Assembly (NCBI GenBank): GCA_016787065.1
Contig: JAEUVD010000003.1
Location: forward strand, 34,582 to 98,581
Direction: 5' to 3'
DNA length: 64,000 nt
Origin: Chitinophagaceae bacterium
Lineage (GTDB): Bacteria > Bacteroidota > Bacteroidia > Chitinophagales > Chitinophagaceae
The position numbers were made by a program, and so were the translations under genes. The notes below the pieces were generated by a model. It saw only the letters and a list, made by a program, of their open reading frames with translations. It did no database searches and was not told the origin of the DNA. Shown piece after piece: positions 37,307-47,801 of this stretch; position 1 is the first letter of the stretch; every line of letters begins with the position of its first letter.

Positions 37307-38686
37307 ATGTTTAAAAAAATCACGCAACTTGTCAGGCAGGCGCTAAACGGAGAAGATTACGACTATACAACTGGCAGTATTAGGAAGGCGGTATTATTAC
37401 TAGCCATCCCGATGATCATGGAACTTGGCTTAGAGTCGGTGTTTGCGGTGGTAGATATTTTCTTTGTTGGGAAGCTTGGGAAGAAGGCCATCGCAACAGT
37501 GGGTTTAACAGAAAGTGTAGTTACCATTTTGTATTCGCTAGCGATAGGTGTTTCTACAGCCGCTACCGCGTTAGTTGCTCGTAGGGTGGGAGAAAAAAAT
37601 TATCATGAAGCGTCAAGAGCAGGTGCACAAAGTATTCTACTCGGAATAATTTGTTCTATTGTTTGCAGTGTGTTAGGCGTTTGGTTTGCACCGGATATTT
37701 TACACCTGATGGGAGCTAGCAACGAAGTGGTAGCAGAAGGTAGCATTTTTACACGAATCATGCTAGGAGGAAGTTTTGTTATCGTTATGCTCTTTCTCAT
37801 CAACGGAATTTTTCGCGGTGCCGGAAATGCTGCTGTGGCAATGTGGAGTTTATGGATTGCCAGCGGATTGAATATAGTGTTATGCCCACTGTTTATTTAC
37901 GGTTTCGGGTTGGGGTTGAAAGGAGCGGCTATTGCAACCACCGTCGGACGAGGAGCCGGAGTAGCCTATCAGCTTTACCATTTATGGAAAGGCGGTAATC
38001 AATTAAAATTGAACCTTACGCTGTTCAAACCACATTATGATACAATGAAATCCTTGATAGGTATAGCATGGCCTGCTACATTTCAATTCATTATAGCTTC
38101 AGCGAGTTGGATTGTTCTTACCCGATTTATCGCAGATGTTGGCGGTACAAGCGCCTCGGCCGGTTATCAATTAGCCATTCGGAATGTGATATTCTTTATT
38201 TTACCTGCTTGGGGACTCAGCAATGCAGCAGCAGCGTTAGTAGGTCAAAACCTGGGTGCCAAACAACCCGAACGAGCAGAACAGTCGGTATGGTTATGTA
38301 CGAAATACAATGTGCTTTTTATGTTGTTTGTTACCTTACTTTTTGTTGGTATTCCGGAACAAATAATTTCTTTTTATTCTTCCGATCAAGAGGTTGTGGC
38401 CATTGGGGCTAAGGCATTGCGCATCATTGGTTGTGGTTATATTTTTTATGGTATCGGAATGGTAATGATTCAATCGTTGAATGGTGCCGGTGATAGTAAA
38501 ACGCCTACGCTCATTAACTTCATTTGTTTTTGGTTGCTTCAGATTCCAATAGCCTATTATGTAACCTATCATACGTCGTTGAAAACAACCGGAGCCATGA
38601 TAGCCATACCGGTTGCAGAAACGCTAATCGCACTCCTTGGATTCTGGTATTTCAAAAAAGGGAAATGGAAGGAGATACAGGTGTAA
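37307..38686 (+). CDS. MATE family efflux transporter
   Basis: 459 aa with about 12 TM segments. The N-terminal KAVLLLAIPMIMELGLESVFAVVDIFFVGKLG is a typical MATE signature. Confidence 0.88.
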   Translation: MFKKITQLVRQALNGEDYDYTTGSIRKAVLLLAIPMIMELGLESVFAVVDIFFVGKLGKKAIATVGLTESVVTILYSLAIGVSTAATALVARRVGEKNYHEASRAGAQSILLGIICSIVCSVLGVWFAPDILHLMGASNEVVAEGSIFTRIMLGGSFVIVMLFLINGIFRGAGNAAVAMWSLWIASGLNIVLCPLFIYGFGLGLKGAAIATTVGRGAGVAYQLYHLWKGGNQLKLNLTLFKPHYDTMKSLIGIAWPATFQFIIASASWIVLTRFIADVGGTSASAGYQLAIRNVIFFILPAWGLSNAAAALVGQNLGAKQPERAEQSVWLCTKYNVLFMLFVTLLFVGIPEQIISFYSSDQEVVAIGAKALRIIGCGYIFYGIGMVMIQSLNGAGDSKTPTLINFICFWLLQIPIAYYVTYHTSLKTTGAMIAIPVAETLIALLGFWYFKKGKWKEIQV

Positions 38687-38726
38687 ATGAAGCATAATCC
38701 GTTACTTTGGCTTCAAATAGTGAAAA

Positions 38727-40334
38727 ATGAAAAATAGAATTACAATCCTTGCGATGTGCTTTTTAAGTTATCAGGGTTATACACAAGACATCGTAATGAA
38801 ACAATCCAACGAATTTGATTCACCCGCTAGACATGATATTCTAGCTCCTATTCAACTTGGAGAACAGGGAATATTTCAATTTAATGTCAAATCAGGACGA
38901 GGCAAATCGGAATCGGTTCATGTAGTTCATTTCAATAATAAATTGGAAAAACTACAGGAGAAGACCATTACCTTGGACGATGAATGGATGATGATTTCTG
39001 AAATTCCGCATGTGGTTCGAGTTAAGAATAAAATTTATTTTCTTACGAGAGAAGACAGCAAAAAAACGGAAGGCATGAGTGCGATAGAATTTGACCCACA
39101 AACCTTAACATTTTCCAAAAATAAAATCCCTTTGTTTCAATCGTCAGACAAAGTGTATAATTGGAGTTTTTTTCGTTTCGGTCAAGAAGAAGCGGATGAG
39201 TGCTTAGTTTCCGAAAATAATACTCGTATTGGCTTAATCTATCGCTTGAAACCTGAAAGCAGACGCGAAAAGGTAAATTATGATATCATTGGTATGAATG
39301 TATTTGATGAGAATATGCAAAAAGTATGGACCAGGGAATACAAAATGCCTTACACGGAAGCAGTGATGGATAATGAGAGTTATGCTGTTACGAACGACGG
39401 TAAAATTTATTTATTAGCTAAGGTAAACCTCGATAAGGAGGATCGGGTAAAGGGTGAAGCGAAATATAATTACGAATTATTAGTGTACGATGGACAGCAT
39501 GAACAACCCGATGTAATAAAAATAGATTTAGATAAAATCATTCCGAGTTCATTTAATTTGTTTGAAACGAAAACGGGTGAGATGATGTTGTCTGGCTTTT
39601 ATTCACGCTTGAATCAGACGGGTATCGATGGTGCTTATGTTTTACAAATCGATGAGCAAGGTAAAACGTTGAAATTTAAGAATGGAGGTATGTTTGAAAT
39701 TCCTACCGAAATAATTAAAGCCAATGCCACGGCAAGAGAGTTAAGAAAAATGAAACGTGCAGAACGCAAAGATGATGAAAATGATTTAGGCGTAAAAAAT
39801 CTCGTAATACGTTACTTCACCCAGTTAGATAATGGTGATATGATTTTGATGGGAGAAGAATATGAAGTGCAAATGAGAACCTACACGACAGGCGTTGGTG
39901 CCAATGCCACTACACGCACAGAGTATAAAACATTTGCCAATGATATTTATGTTATTCGAGCAAACAAAGATGGTACCTCTTGGGTACGTAAAATTCCAAA
40001 ATATCAACGAAGTAACGATGCCTATGGTAGACAATTATCGTTTAATGCTATTGTATCGGGTAATGATGTTTACGTTTTGTACACGGATAATAAAAAGAAC
40101 AAAAGCTTGAGCGAAAAGGAAGTGCCGGAAGTTCATATTCAAGGATACGGAGGTTATCTTGCCTGTGTGAAACTCGATCAGCATGGAACTATAAGCAAAA
40201 AGTATCTCACTGAAATTGAAGATTTTGAAACGAACTTTTATATACGTCGTTTTGTGCAAGGCGATCATGGTAATATCATTTACACCGCCAGAAAACTAAG
40301 AAGAAATTCAATAATTTCTCTTGAGGTGCAGTAG
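38727..40334 (+). CDS. Hypothetical secreted protein
   Basis: 535-aa ORF with signal peptide MKNRITILAMCFLSYQGYTQ. I recognised no family. Confidence 0.6.
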   Translation: MKNRITILAMCFLSYQGYTQDIVMKQSNEFDSPARHDILAPIQLGEQGIFQFNVKSGRGKSESVHVVHFNNKLEKLQEKTITLDDEWMMISEIPHVVRVKNKIYFLTREDSKKTEGMSAIEFDPQTLTFSKNKIPLFQSSDKVYNWSFFRFGQEEADECLVSENNTRIGLIYRLKPESRREKVNYDIIGMNVFDENMQKVWTREYKMPYTEAVMDNESYAVTNDGKIYLLAKVNLDKEDRVKGEAKYNYELLVYDGQHEQPDVIKIDLDKIIPSSFNLFETKTGEMMLSGFYSRLNQTGIDGAYVLQIDEQGKTLKFKNGGMFEIPTEIIKANATARELRKMKRAERKDDENDLGVKNLVIRYFTQLDNGDMILMGEEYEVQMRTYTTGVGANATTRTEYKTFANDIYVIRANKDGTSWVRKIPKYQRSNDAYGRQLSFNAIVSGNDVYVLYTDNKKNKSLSEKEVPEVHIQGYGGYLACVKLDQHGTISKKYLTEIEDFETNFYIRRFVQGDHGNIIYTARKLRRNSIISLEVQ

Positions 40335-40503
40335 GAGTTTCACAACGAAAGCGCTTTGAATGTTCCCATTAAAAACAAATAATTCCATTGAGTTTTTCTA
40401 GGTACGTTTTTAGTACTGAGAGAGGGTTCATGAAGTAACGATAGTGTAGTATTAATATCATCACCGAGTATAATAAAAAATACAAAGCAGGTAGATGATT
40501 CAT

Positions 40504-40547
40504 AAAAAAAGAGGACGTTATCTTTCGACAACGTCCTCTCTTTTTTA
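40504..40547. terminator. Bidirectional rho-independent terminator between convergent genes
   Basis: aaaaaaa-GAGGACGTT-loop-AACGTCCTC-tctttttt. The flanking A-run and T-run allow function on both strands. Confidence 0.8.
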
Positions 40548-40563
40548 TTGAGATTTAATTCTA

Positions 40564-43500
40564 TTATGGAGTAGCTGCGCTTACACCATTTACGATGTTA
40601 GGATCTATCGCGAGATAGTCGAAAACATCGACAGAACCATCACCATTTACATCGGTATTTAAGTAACCGCTTGAACCATTTACTACGTCTGGATCAAGTA
40701 CTAAGTAATCAAATACATCGATCGTCATGTCGTTATTCAAATCACCACTGAATAAACCGAATACACCGGCACCTAAAGGCGACATATTACTTCCGTAGGC
40801 CTTGGTAATTGCATTCGAGAAATTGTAATTGTACGATGCGGCAGCAACAACCGGAGCACTGCTCCATGTTTCTAAAGCGTTACGATGCTTTAAAACAATG
40901 TAGTAGGAATTTCCAACGATCGAAGGAGGGAAGTTACACACGGCGTTACCATTCGTTTGCAGAACGGCTTTCACTGAATGAACAAGCGCATAAGGAGCAA
41001 TACCACTATGTAGCTCAACAGTTACCGTATCAGTATGCGTTAACGGATTTGGCTCTCCTTGATTATTTAAAACCGGTTGCATAAGTGATGCGCCTAAGTA
41101 ATAACCTTCAATAAATGCTTTCACGGTTAATACTGCAGAGGCACAAGGAACGTAAGTTATAGTTCGCGTGGCAGTTGCAGTACAGCCTGCACCATTGGTA
41201 CCTGTTACAGTATAGGTTGTTGTTGATGTTGGCGATACCGTAATACTACTACCAGAGGCACCTCCCGGTTGCCAAGTATAGGATGTGGCACCTGAAGCGG
41301 TTATCGTTGTAGAACCTGAACAGTTTATCGTTGTAAGGGTAGCACTCGTTGAAACCGTAGGTAAATTATTTACGGTAATTAAACGGGTTGCGGTTGCTGT
41401 ACAACCAGATGCATTCGTTCCTGTTACAGTATAGGTTGTAGTTGTGGCAGGTGTTACATTAATAGAAGCGCCACTTAAATTACCTGGCTGCCATGTATAA
41501 GTGGAAGCGCCGGTTCCATTAATAGTTGTTGATTGCCCTACACACAGTGTGGCTGCAGAAGTAGTTGTTCCAACACTTGGTAAGGTATTAACTGTTACCA
41601 AACGAGTTACCGAAGCAACACATCCATTGGCAGCAGTACCTGTTACCGTATACGTGGTAGTTGATGCTGGTGAAACAATTACAGGAGTTCCGGATAAGGC
41701 TCCCGGCTGCCAGCTATACGTACTTGCACCACTTGCAGAAATGGTTGTTGATTGTCCTACACAAATTGTTGCGTTGGTAATCGATGTAGTAATCGTTGGT
41801 AAGGTATTCACGGTAATAAGTCGGGTTGCCGTTGCGGTACAACCAGAAGCAGATGTTCCGGTAACTGTATAGGTAGTAGTAGAGGTAGGTGAAACAACAA
41901 CCGAGGTTCCAGATAAATTACCTGGTTGCCAAGTGTAAGTTGAAGCACCTGTTCCAGTTAAGGTTGTTGAACCTCCATTACAAATAGTGGTTAAGGTGGC
42001 TGTAGTGGAAACCGATGGTAATGGGTTAACGGTTATTGAAGCTGTTGACGTTGCCGTACAACCGCTGGCGTTCGTAACAGTTACCGTATAAACACCGGTT
42101 GTATTCACATTAATCGCTGCTGATGTAGCACCTCCTGGAGCCCAAACGTAGGTACCACCACCGGAAGCGGTTAATGTTACCGTAGTTCCGCTACATACCG
42201 TTGCGGCTGGGGAGATAGCGATAGTAGGATTAGGAACAGGATTCATGAGAATAACAAAAGAGGCTGTATTCGTACAACCAAGTGAACTGGTTGCTGTAGC
42301 CGTATAGGTTGTTTGAACCAATGGATTCACAACTACCGGAGATCCAATTAAGTTACCCGGCTGCCAATTCCAAATTACACCTGCACCGCTTCCTGTGAAA
42401 GTAACAGCTCCACCCGGACAAACAATACCTGGTGTGGCATTGCCGGTCATGGCAGGTTTAGGATTAACCGTGATGGTTCGAATAGCCGTAGCAATACAAC
42501 CGTTAGCGTTCGTTCCTGTTACTGTGTACGTTGTTGTTGTTGTTGGCGAAACAGTAATCGATGATCCTGTTGCTCCTCCCGGTTGCCAACTATAGGTCGT
42601 TGCACCTGAGGCAGTAATCGTAGTTGATTGTCCTTCACAAATAGTAGTGGCTGTTGCCGAAGTTGAAACTGAAGGTAAGCTATTGATAGTTACATTATTC
42701 GTTGCAACTCGTGTTGCATTAGTACAACCCGTTGCTGTATTAGTTACTTGTGCATAGTAAGTGTAATTACCTGCAACAGGAACATAGGAATAAGGATTTG
42801 CTGCACTTAAAGAAGCACCTCCCGTTGGTGTTGTGTACCAGGCCACACTCTGTGTTGTTGTAGATTGATAAGGTGCACGGAAGTTCGTAATGTTTAAGCT
42901 ACCAGCCCCACCAAAATTATCACTAGTGTACATTTGAATTTGTACCAGATCACCGGCATTAACAGGTAAGCTAAAGCTACCCGATTGAGCTACATCGTTT
43001 CCGAAGGCATTTTTGAAGCCCGGCAAAACTTGAGCAGCACCGCCATTTACAGAATAACGAGGATAATCATAAATAGGGGATCCGTCGGTAGTAGTGTAAC
43101 TCCAACTAAATTTCAGGTAACCAGAACAAATCATACTATGCTGATAGGCTGTTACCCCAGTGGAAGACAAACCATCACTCGAAGTAATTACTATCGAATT
43201 AGGAGCACCTGCTATATTAACTGTACCATTAGAATTAGTAAGTAAGGTTGACCAAGTAGCCGGCAAATAACTTCCGGCAAATCCTGATTGAACTACACCA
43301 TTACATTGATTTCCCGCAAGAGCTGCATAACTTAACGTTACAGCAGATCCAACACATGCTGAGCTTGGAGAAGCGGAAGCAATACCTGTTGGTGAATCCA
43401 TCACTTGAATACCAATGCTTGCTGTACCGGTACAACCATTCGCATCGGTCACCGTTACACTATAACTTGTATTTGCTGTTGGTGAAACTGTTGGGTTTGC

Positions 43501-46500
43501 TACAACAACACTGGAAATCGTTGAATTGGGTGTCCATGCATACGAACTAAATGAAACTGTTTCATTATACACTAAAGAGCCGCTAAATACACGAGGGTCG
43601 TTAATGAAGTTAAAAGTTCCTCCAAAACCGGCACCACCGTGTCCTTGCTTAATGCTTATACCAGGTTGTGCGGCATACACTGCCCCCACACTGGTTCCGT
43701 TAATATAGTTTACACTTCCGTTACACACAATGGCAAGGCCATAAGTTGTGTTAGCCGGAATGGAAAGATTAACGCTTATCGGAATGGTTGTGAATTTATC
43801 CAAACCTTGTGAGGTAACAGCTACTGTTGCACCTAGTTTGGTCCAACCAACACTAGAGAGTAAATCAGCACCGCCGTAACCTCCCGATTTATACCAAACT
43901 TCAGCTTGCGTAGCGTCATCATCCATATTCATTTTAACACTAGTTATGGTAATAGCGCGTGTGGTAGTAACGTCAAAAACAACACCGCCATTTGGTCCAT
44001 AGCCGTTATTGCTTTCTGTTCTGGTAAGTATTTCATCACTTTGGGCGGAGTTTGCATTCGATGTTGAAATGATTTGTGAAGCGCCAGGACAAGTTGACGA
44101 TAAAGAAGATGTAAGTTGAATTTGTGCTGGTTCACCAACATAAACTCGTTGTATTTCGGTATTTGTACATCCATCACCATCAGTTACGGTAACCGTATAA
44201 GTGGTTGAACTAACCGGAGTGGCTGTGGCGTTAGCTGTGTTGGCGTTAGTTACGTTGCTTGATGGCGACCAAGAATAATTGGCAATATTGTTATCAACGG
44301 TATAATAGAAACGTCCATTAAAATTTCGTGGAGAAAAGAGGAAACTAAAGGTTCCGCCAATACCCGTACCACCATGACCTTGAAAAATATTCATATCCGG
44401 ATTAGCTTCTAATAAAGCACCAACCGTTGTACCATTAGTATAATGCACGGTACCATCTGTTACGATTGCAATACCGTAGGTTTGGCCGGCCGGAATACTT
44501 AACGAGGCGGTAAGAGGAACACTCGTTAAGGCATTTATGCCTTGCGGAGTAATACTAACCGTAGTTCCCAATTTGGTCCAACCAGTACTACTTGTAACAG
44601 TTGTTCCACCATAACCTCCTGCTTTATACCATAATTCAGCTTGCGTTCCAGTACTGGCATTGATGTAAACACTCGAAATATTAATATCTTTAATGGCAGT
44701 AATATCAAAAACATTACCGCTCGAAGAATTATTTGCATTTAATTCGGTAGAAATAAAATCAAATTCAGTGCTTGTTGCGGATACGGATAAGGCACTGCTA
44801 CTACCCTGACATACCGATTGTGGTGTTACCGATATGCTACTAATATCTGGTCCCGGATTTACGTATACTTTAACCGAACCAGTTCCGGTACAACCGTTTC
44901 CATCCGTAGCGGTTACGGAATAAGTAGTAGTTGTTGTTGGGGTTGCAACAGGGTTAGCCGCAGTGGCGCTAGATAAGGTGGTTATTGGCGTCCAAGAATA
45001 CGCCGTATAATTTGTGCGATAAATAACTTCACCATTAAAATTACGTGGTGCGAAACTTAAATTTACACTTCCACCAAAGGCGTTTCCACCATGTCCTTGT
45101 GTAATACGTAAATCAGAATTGCTTTCTAAGGTTGAACCAACAAGTGTTCCATTTGAATAATTATTAGATCCGTTACACGCAATTATGATACCATAGGTTG
45201 AACCCGCAGGTATGGTTAAATTCGATGTGGTAGGAATCAGTGTTAAGTTACCGGCTCCTGCTGCAGTAATCGGAACGGTTTGTCCGAGTTTAAACCAACC
45301 TGTTGTTGAAGTTACCGGAGCATTTCCGTAGCCACCAATTTTATAAAATACCTCAGCCGAATCACCTGTTGTAATATTCATTTGGAAATCGGTAATGGTA
45401 ATGCTATTGTATGCTTGTATGTCAAAAACATTCGCAGAAGAACCATTTCCTCCTGCCATGGAAGTAAGTAAAGTTTGCAAGGTTCCGTTTACACCGGCAC
45501 GCACTGTTGTACTTTGGCCAATACACAAATCGTAATCATCTGCCGTTGGTGTAACCGTTGGGGCAGGTGTAACATTCAGTGTAAATGATTTTGTTCCAGT
45601 ACAGGCTTCGGCATCAGTTCCTGTTACAGTATAGGTTGTTGTTGAAGAAGGTGTAATCACCTTTGGATTACCGCTACCCAAACCGGATGCCCATGTATAG
45701 GTACTTGCACCAAAGGCAGTAATGGTTGCAGAACTTCCCGGACATAGATACGTAGCTGTTGTAGAAACAGAAATAGTTAAAGGAGTTGGTGTTATCCAAT
45801 TGCTTCCAACACCAACAGCATACCACGCGCGGGTTGTTGCTTCGGCTTCTTCACTACAATCTCCATATAAATCTTTCGCTGCTTGAATAGAAAGCGTACG
45901 AGCATTCGCAAAGGTGCCATTCACGGTTAAATTGATCATGGATTGATACGCAATTAAACGGGCTTTATTAATTCCGATTCCCGTTACCGAAAAGGCGTTG
46001 CTATTATCATTTGTTCCTGAACCTCCTTGGGCTAATAAATAGTACCAATAGTTTTGTACACCACTATTACGATGTACGCCACAATAATCGGTGCTTGACG
46101 ATGGAACACAACCACCCTGAGCATACCAGAAGGTACCTCCATAAGTATCAGGATCACTATATAGATTAGGATTAGAAAAAGAACGCAACGGACCTAAAGC
46201 AATATTGTTTGCAATAATCCAATCATTTGTACCTAAGGAATATTCTTCACAAGACTCTCCAAAAATATCGGCAAAAGATTCATTCAAAGCTCCCGATTCA
46301 TATTGATACGCTAAGCCGGATGAAAAATCAATTACACCATGGGTTGATTCATGGGCAGCTACATCCATTTCAATAACCGGATTTCCTCCAGTTGAAGTTC
46401 CTCCGAAGGAAAAGGTTTCTGTTGAACTACTGTAGTATGCATTATTTGAAAATCCTGGGTTTAAGTAACTAATGAAATCGTGGCCTGCTCCATCAATACC

Positions 46501-47475
46501 ATTTAGATTATGAACATTAAAGTAATAATTACGTGTTTGTCGAAGGTCATAATGCGTTTCCACAATATATTTTCCAAGCGCGGTGTTAGGCCAGTTATTA
46601 TCGGCATCGGTATAATCTGTAGCACCTACACCTGTGTTCGCACCATTTCCATTATAGGTTCTAATTTGTGCGGTAATACAGTCATCTATGGTTCTGTATG
46701 TACCGGCATTTAATTGGGTATTAATACTTTTTACACCATTCCAAAGGGTGGTACCGGAACCGGCACTACAAACAAAGGTCAACGGTAATTTGTTATGCGT
46801 TAAACCGGTATTGGCGTTAATATAAACGGCATACGACTCAGAAACCGGATTTACATTAATGTTGTACTTCCAACATAAGGTATATGTTCTTGTTTCCGGT
46901 GTTAATCCGTTATTAGCAGCAAAAACTAATTCACCATGAGGTTGATAGGTTGCATGCTCATCTTTTTTCAATTCCTTTAAAGCTTTCTCTGCTTCCGGAT
47001 TATTCCATAAATAGTCTTTTGAATTCACCTGATTTAAAGCCAACTGTAACCCTGCTTCTTCAAGAACCAAGGTGGTACTTAAATCGGGCATTACTTGGGT
47101 GTTCTGAAAGTATTGTCCGTTGATATATTTCACACGGCCACGTTGTTCGTGTACAATCATTTCACCACCTTCCACAGGTATATTTCCAATGTATTGTTGG
47201 TAACGGTGGTGAATCATATCCTTTATTTCATTATCCGGTGTCGACTTCACTAACTTCATCGTACTAGAAGGAGCCAGATTTAATAAGGATAAATGTTTTT
47301 GAATAAACTCTTGAGTAGTAAAACTCAGTTCAGGTTTTATTCGAAAGAATTCTATGTTTTCATAAGGTTCTGCAATTTGCAGTAAAGGTTCTTCTGCTCG
47401 CTCTTGAGCAACGCTGCTTAAAACAGCAAGGTTTAGAAACAAACACAAGAGGAATAAAATCCGCTTTAAAGTCAT
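40564..47475 (-). CDS. Giant secreted M4 (thermolysin-like) metalloprotease with Ig-like repeat arrays and a dockerin-like C-terminal module
   Basis: The ATG at 47475 gives signal peptide MTLKRILFLLCLFLNLAVLSSVAQ; the ORF opens at TTG 47526. AHESTH is encoded at 46339-46353 (HExxH), followed by GALNESFADIFG, the third-ligand Glu motif of the M4 family. Downstream are three ~190-aa modules, seven ~73-aa Ig-like units and a 192-aa tail with two DxNxDxxxDxxD loops. Confidence 0.9.
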   Translation of the reverse strand: MTLKRILFLLCLFLNLAVLSSVAQERAEEPLLQIAEPYENIEFFRIKPELSFTTQEFIQKHLSLLNLAPSSTMKLVKSTPDNEIKDMIHHRYQQYIGNIPVEGGEMIVHEQRGRVKYINGQYFQNTQVMPDLSTTLVLEEAGLQLALNQVNSKDYLWNNPEAEKALKELKKDEHATYQPHGELVFAANNGLTPETRTYTLCWKYNINVNPVSESYAVYINANTGLTHNKLPLTFVCSAGSGTTLWNGVKSINTQLNAGTYRTIDDCITAQIRTYNGNGANTGVGATDYTDADNNWPNTALGKYIVETHYDLRQTRNYYFNVHNLNGIDGAGHDFISYLNPGFSNNAYYSSSTETFSFGGTSTGGNPVIEMDVAAHESTHGVIDFSSGLAYQYESGALNESFADIFGESCEEYSLGTNDWIIANNIALGPLRSFSNPNLYSDPDTYGGTFWYAQGGCVPSSSTDYCGVHRNSGVQNYWYYLLAQGGSGTNDNSNAFSVTGIGINKARLIAYQSMINLTVNGTFANARTLSIQAAKDLYGDCSEEAEATTRAWYAVGVGSNWITPTPLTISVSTTATYLCPGSSATITAFGASTYTWASGLGSGNPKVITPSSTTTYTVTGTDAEACTGTKSFTLNVTPAPTVTPTADDYDLCIGQSTTVRAGVNGTLQTLLTSMAGGNGSSANVFDIQAYNSITITDFQMNITTGDSAEVFYKIGGYGNAPVTSTTGWFKLGQTVPITAAGAGNLTLIPTTSNLTIPAGSTYGIIIACNGSNNYSNGTLVGSTLESNSDLRITQGHGGNAFGGSVNLSFAPRNFNGEVIYRTNYTAYSWTPITTLSSATAANPVATPTTTTTYSVTATDGNGCTGTGSVKVYVNPGPDISSISVTPQSVCQGSSSALSVSATSTEFDFISTELNANNSSSGNVFDITAIKDINISSVYINASTGTQAELWYKAGGYGGTTVTSSTGWTKLGTTVSITPQGINALTSVPLTASLSIPAGQTYGIAIVTDGTVHYTNGTTVGALLEANPDMNIFQGHGGTGIGGTFSFLFSPRNFNGRFYYTVDNNIANYSWSPSSNVTNANTANATATPVSSTTYTVTVTDGDGCTNTEIQRVYVGEPAQIQLTSSLSSTCPGASQIISTSNANSAQSDEILTRTESNNGYGPNGGVVFDVTTTRAITITSVKMNMDDDATQAEVWYKSGGYGGADLLSSVGWTKLGATVAVTSQGLDKFTTIPISVNLSIPANTTYGLAIVCNGSVNYINGTSVGAVYAAQPGISIKQGHGGAGFGGTFNFINDPRVFSGSLVYNETVSFSSYAWTPNSTISSVVVANPTVSPTANTSYSVTVTDANGCTGTASIGIQVMDSPTGIASASPSSACVGSAVTLSYAALAGNQCNGVVQSGFAGSYLPATWSTLLTNSNGTVNIAGAPNSIVITSSDGLSSTGVTAYQHSMICSGYLKFSWSYTTTDGSPIYDYPRYSVNGGAAQVLPGFKNAFGNDVAQSGSFSLPVNAGDLVQIQMYTSDNFGGAGSLNITNFRAPYQSTTTQSVAWYTTPTGGASLSAANPYSYVPVAGNYTYYAQVTNTATGCTNATRVATNNVTINSLPSVSTSATATTICEGQSTTITASGATTYSWQPGGATGSSITVSPTTTTTYTVTGTNANGCIATAIRTITVNPKPAMTGNATPGIVCPGGAVTFTGSGAGVIWNWQPGNLIGSPVVVNPLVQTTYTATATSSLGCTNTASFVILMNPVPNPTIAISPAATVCSGTTVTLTASGGGTYVWAPGGATSAAINVNTTGVYTVTVTNASGCTATSTASITVNPLPSVSTTATLTTICNGGSTTLTGTGASTYTWQPGNLSGTSVVVSPTSTTTYTVTGTSASGCTATATRLITVNTLPTITTSITNATICVGQSTTISASGASTYSWQPGALSGTPVIVSPASTTTYTVTGTAANGCVASVTRLVTVNTLPSVGTTTSAATLCVGQSTTINGTGASTYTWQPGNLSGASINVTPATTTTYTVTGTNASGCTATATRLITVNNLPTVSTSATLTTINCSGSTTITASGATSYTWQPGGASGSSITVSPTSTTTYTVTGTNGAGCTATATRTITYVPCASAVLTVKAFIEGYYLGASLMQPVLNNQGEPNPLTHTDTVTVELHSGIAPYALVHSVKAVLQTNGNAVCNFPPSIVGNSYYIVLKHRNALETWSSAPVVAAASYNYNFSNAITKAYGSNMSPLGAGVFGLFSGDLNNDMTIDVFDYLVLDPDVVNGSSGYLNTDVNGDGSVDVFDYLAIDPNIVNGVSAATP
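41143..42690 (-). repeat. Seven tandem ~73-aa Ig-like units (..C.GQSTTI.ASGA.TYSWQPG...G..I.V.P..TTTYTVTGT...GC.ATA.R.ITVN.LP)
   Basis: Counted in the translation. The boundaries are approximate. Confidence 0.8.
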
Positions 47476-47801
47476 AGGCTTGTTTCGCCTTTGTTGATGT
47501 TGGTAATGTAGTTGCATGGTGTACAATTTAGGTTTGGGCGAAGTTCCCTTTTAATTAGAGGCTTCTGGGCATTCGTTTAGAAAGTGGTATGTTTTTCGTG
47601 GTATTCATACAACCTCATGAAGGATTTGGTAATTCCGTACTTGCTCAATGGATGTAATAGGCGTAATAGTTCTAAAACACCTTTACTGAATTAACAAGTT
47701 CCAAGACTACATTCTTATTGAAACCTTTGCTACCTAATGTTTTGTTATTACATTTTTTGGAATATACCTCAGCGTAATTTTACACCCTAAATTTTTTTCC
47801 T

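Noticed and set aside
40340-40531. A 63-aa minus-strand ORF between the convergent genes at 40334 and 40564
   Set aside because: It runs through the bidirectional terminator hairpin and has no signal or motif. It is most likely non-coding.
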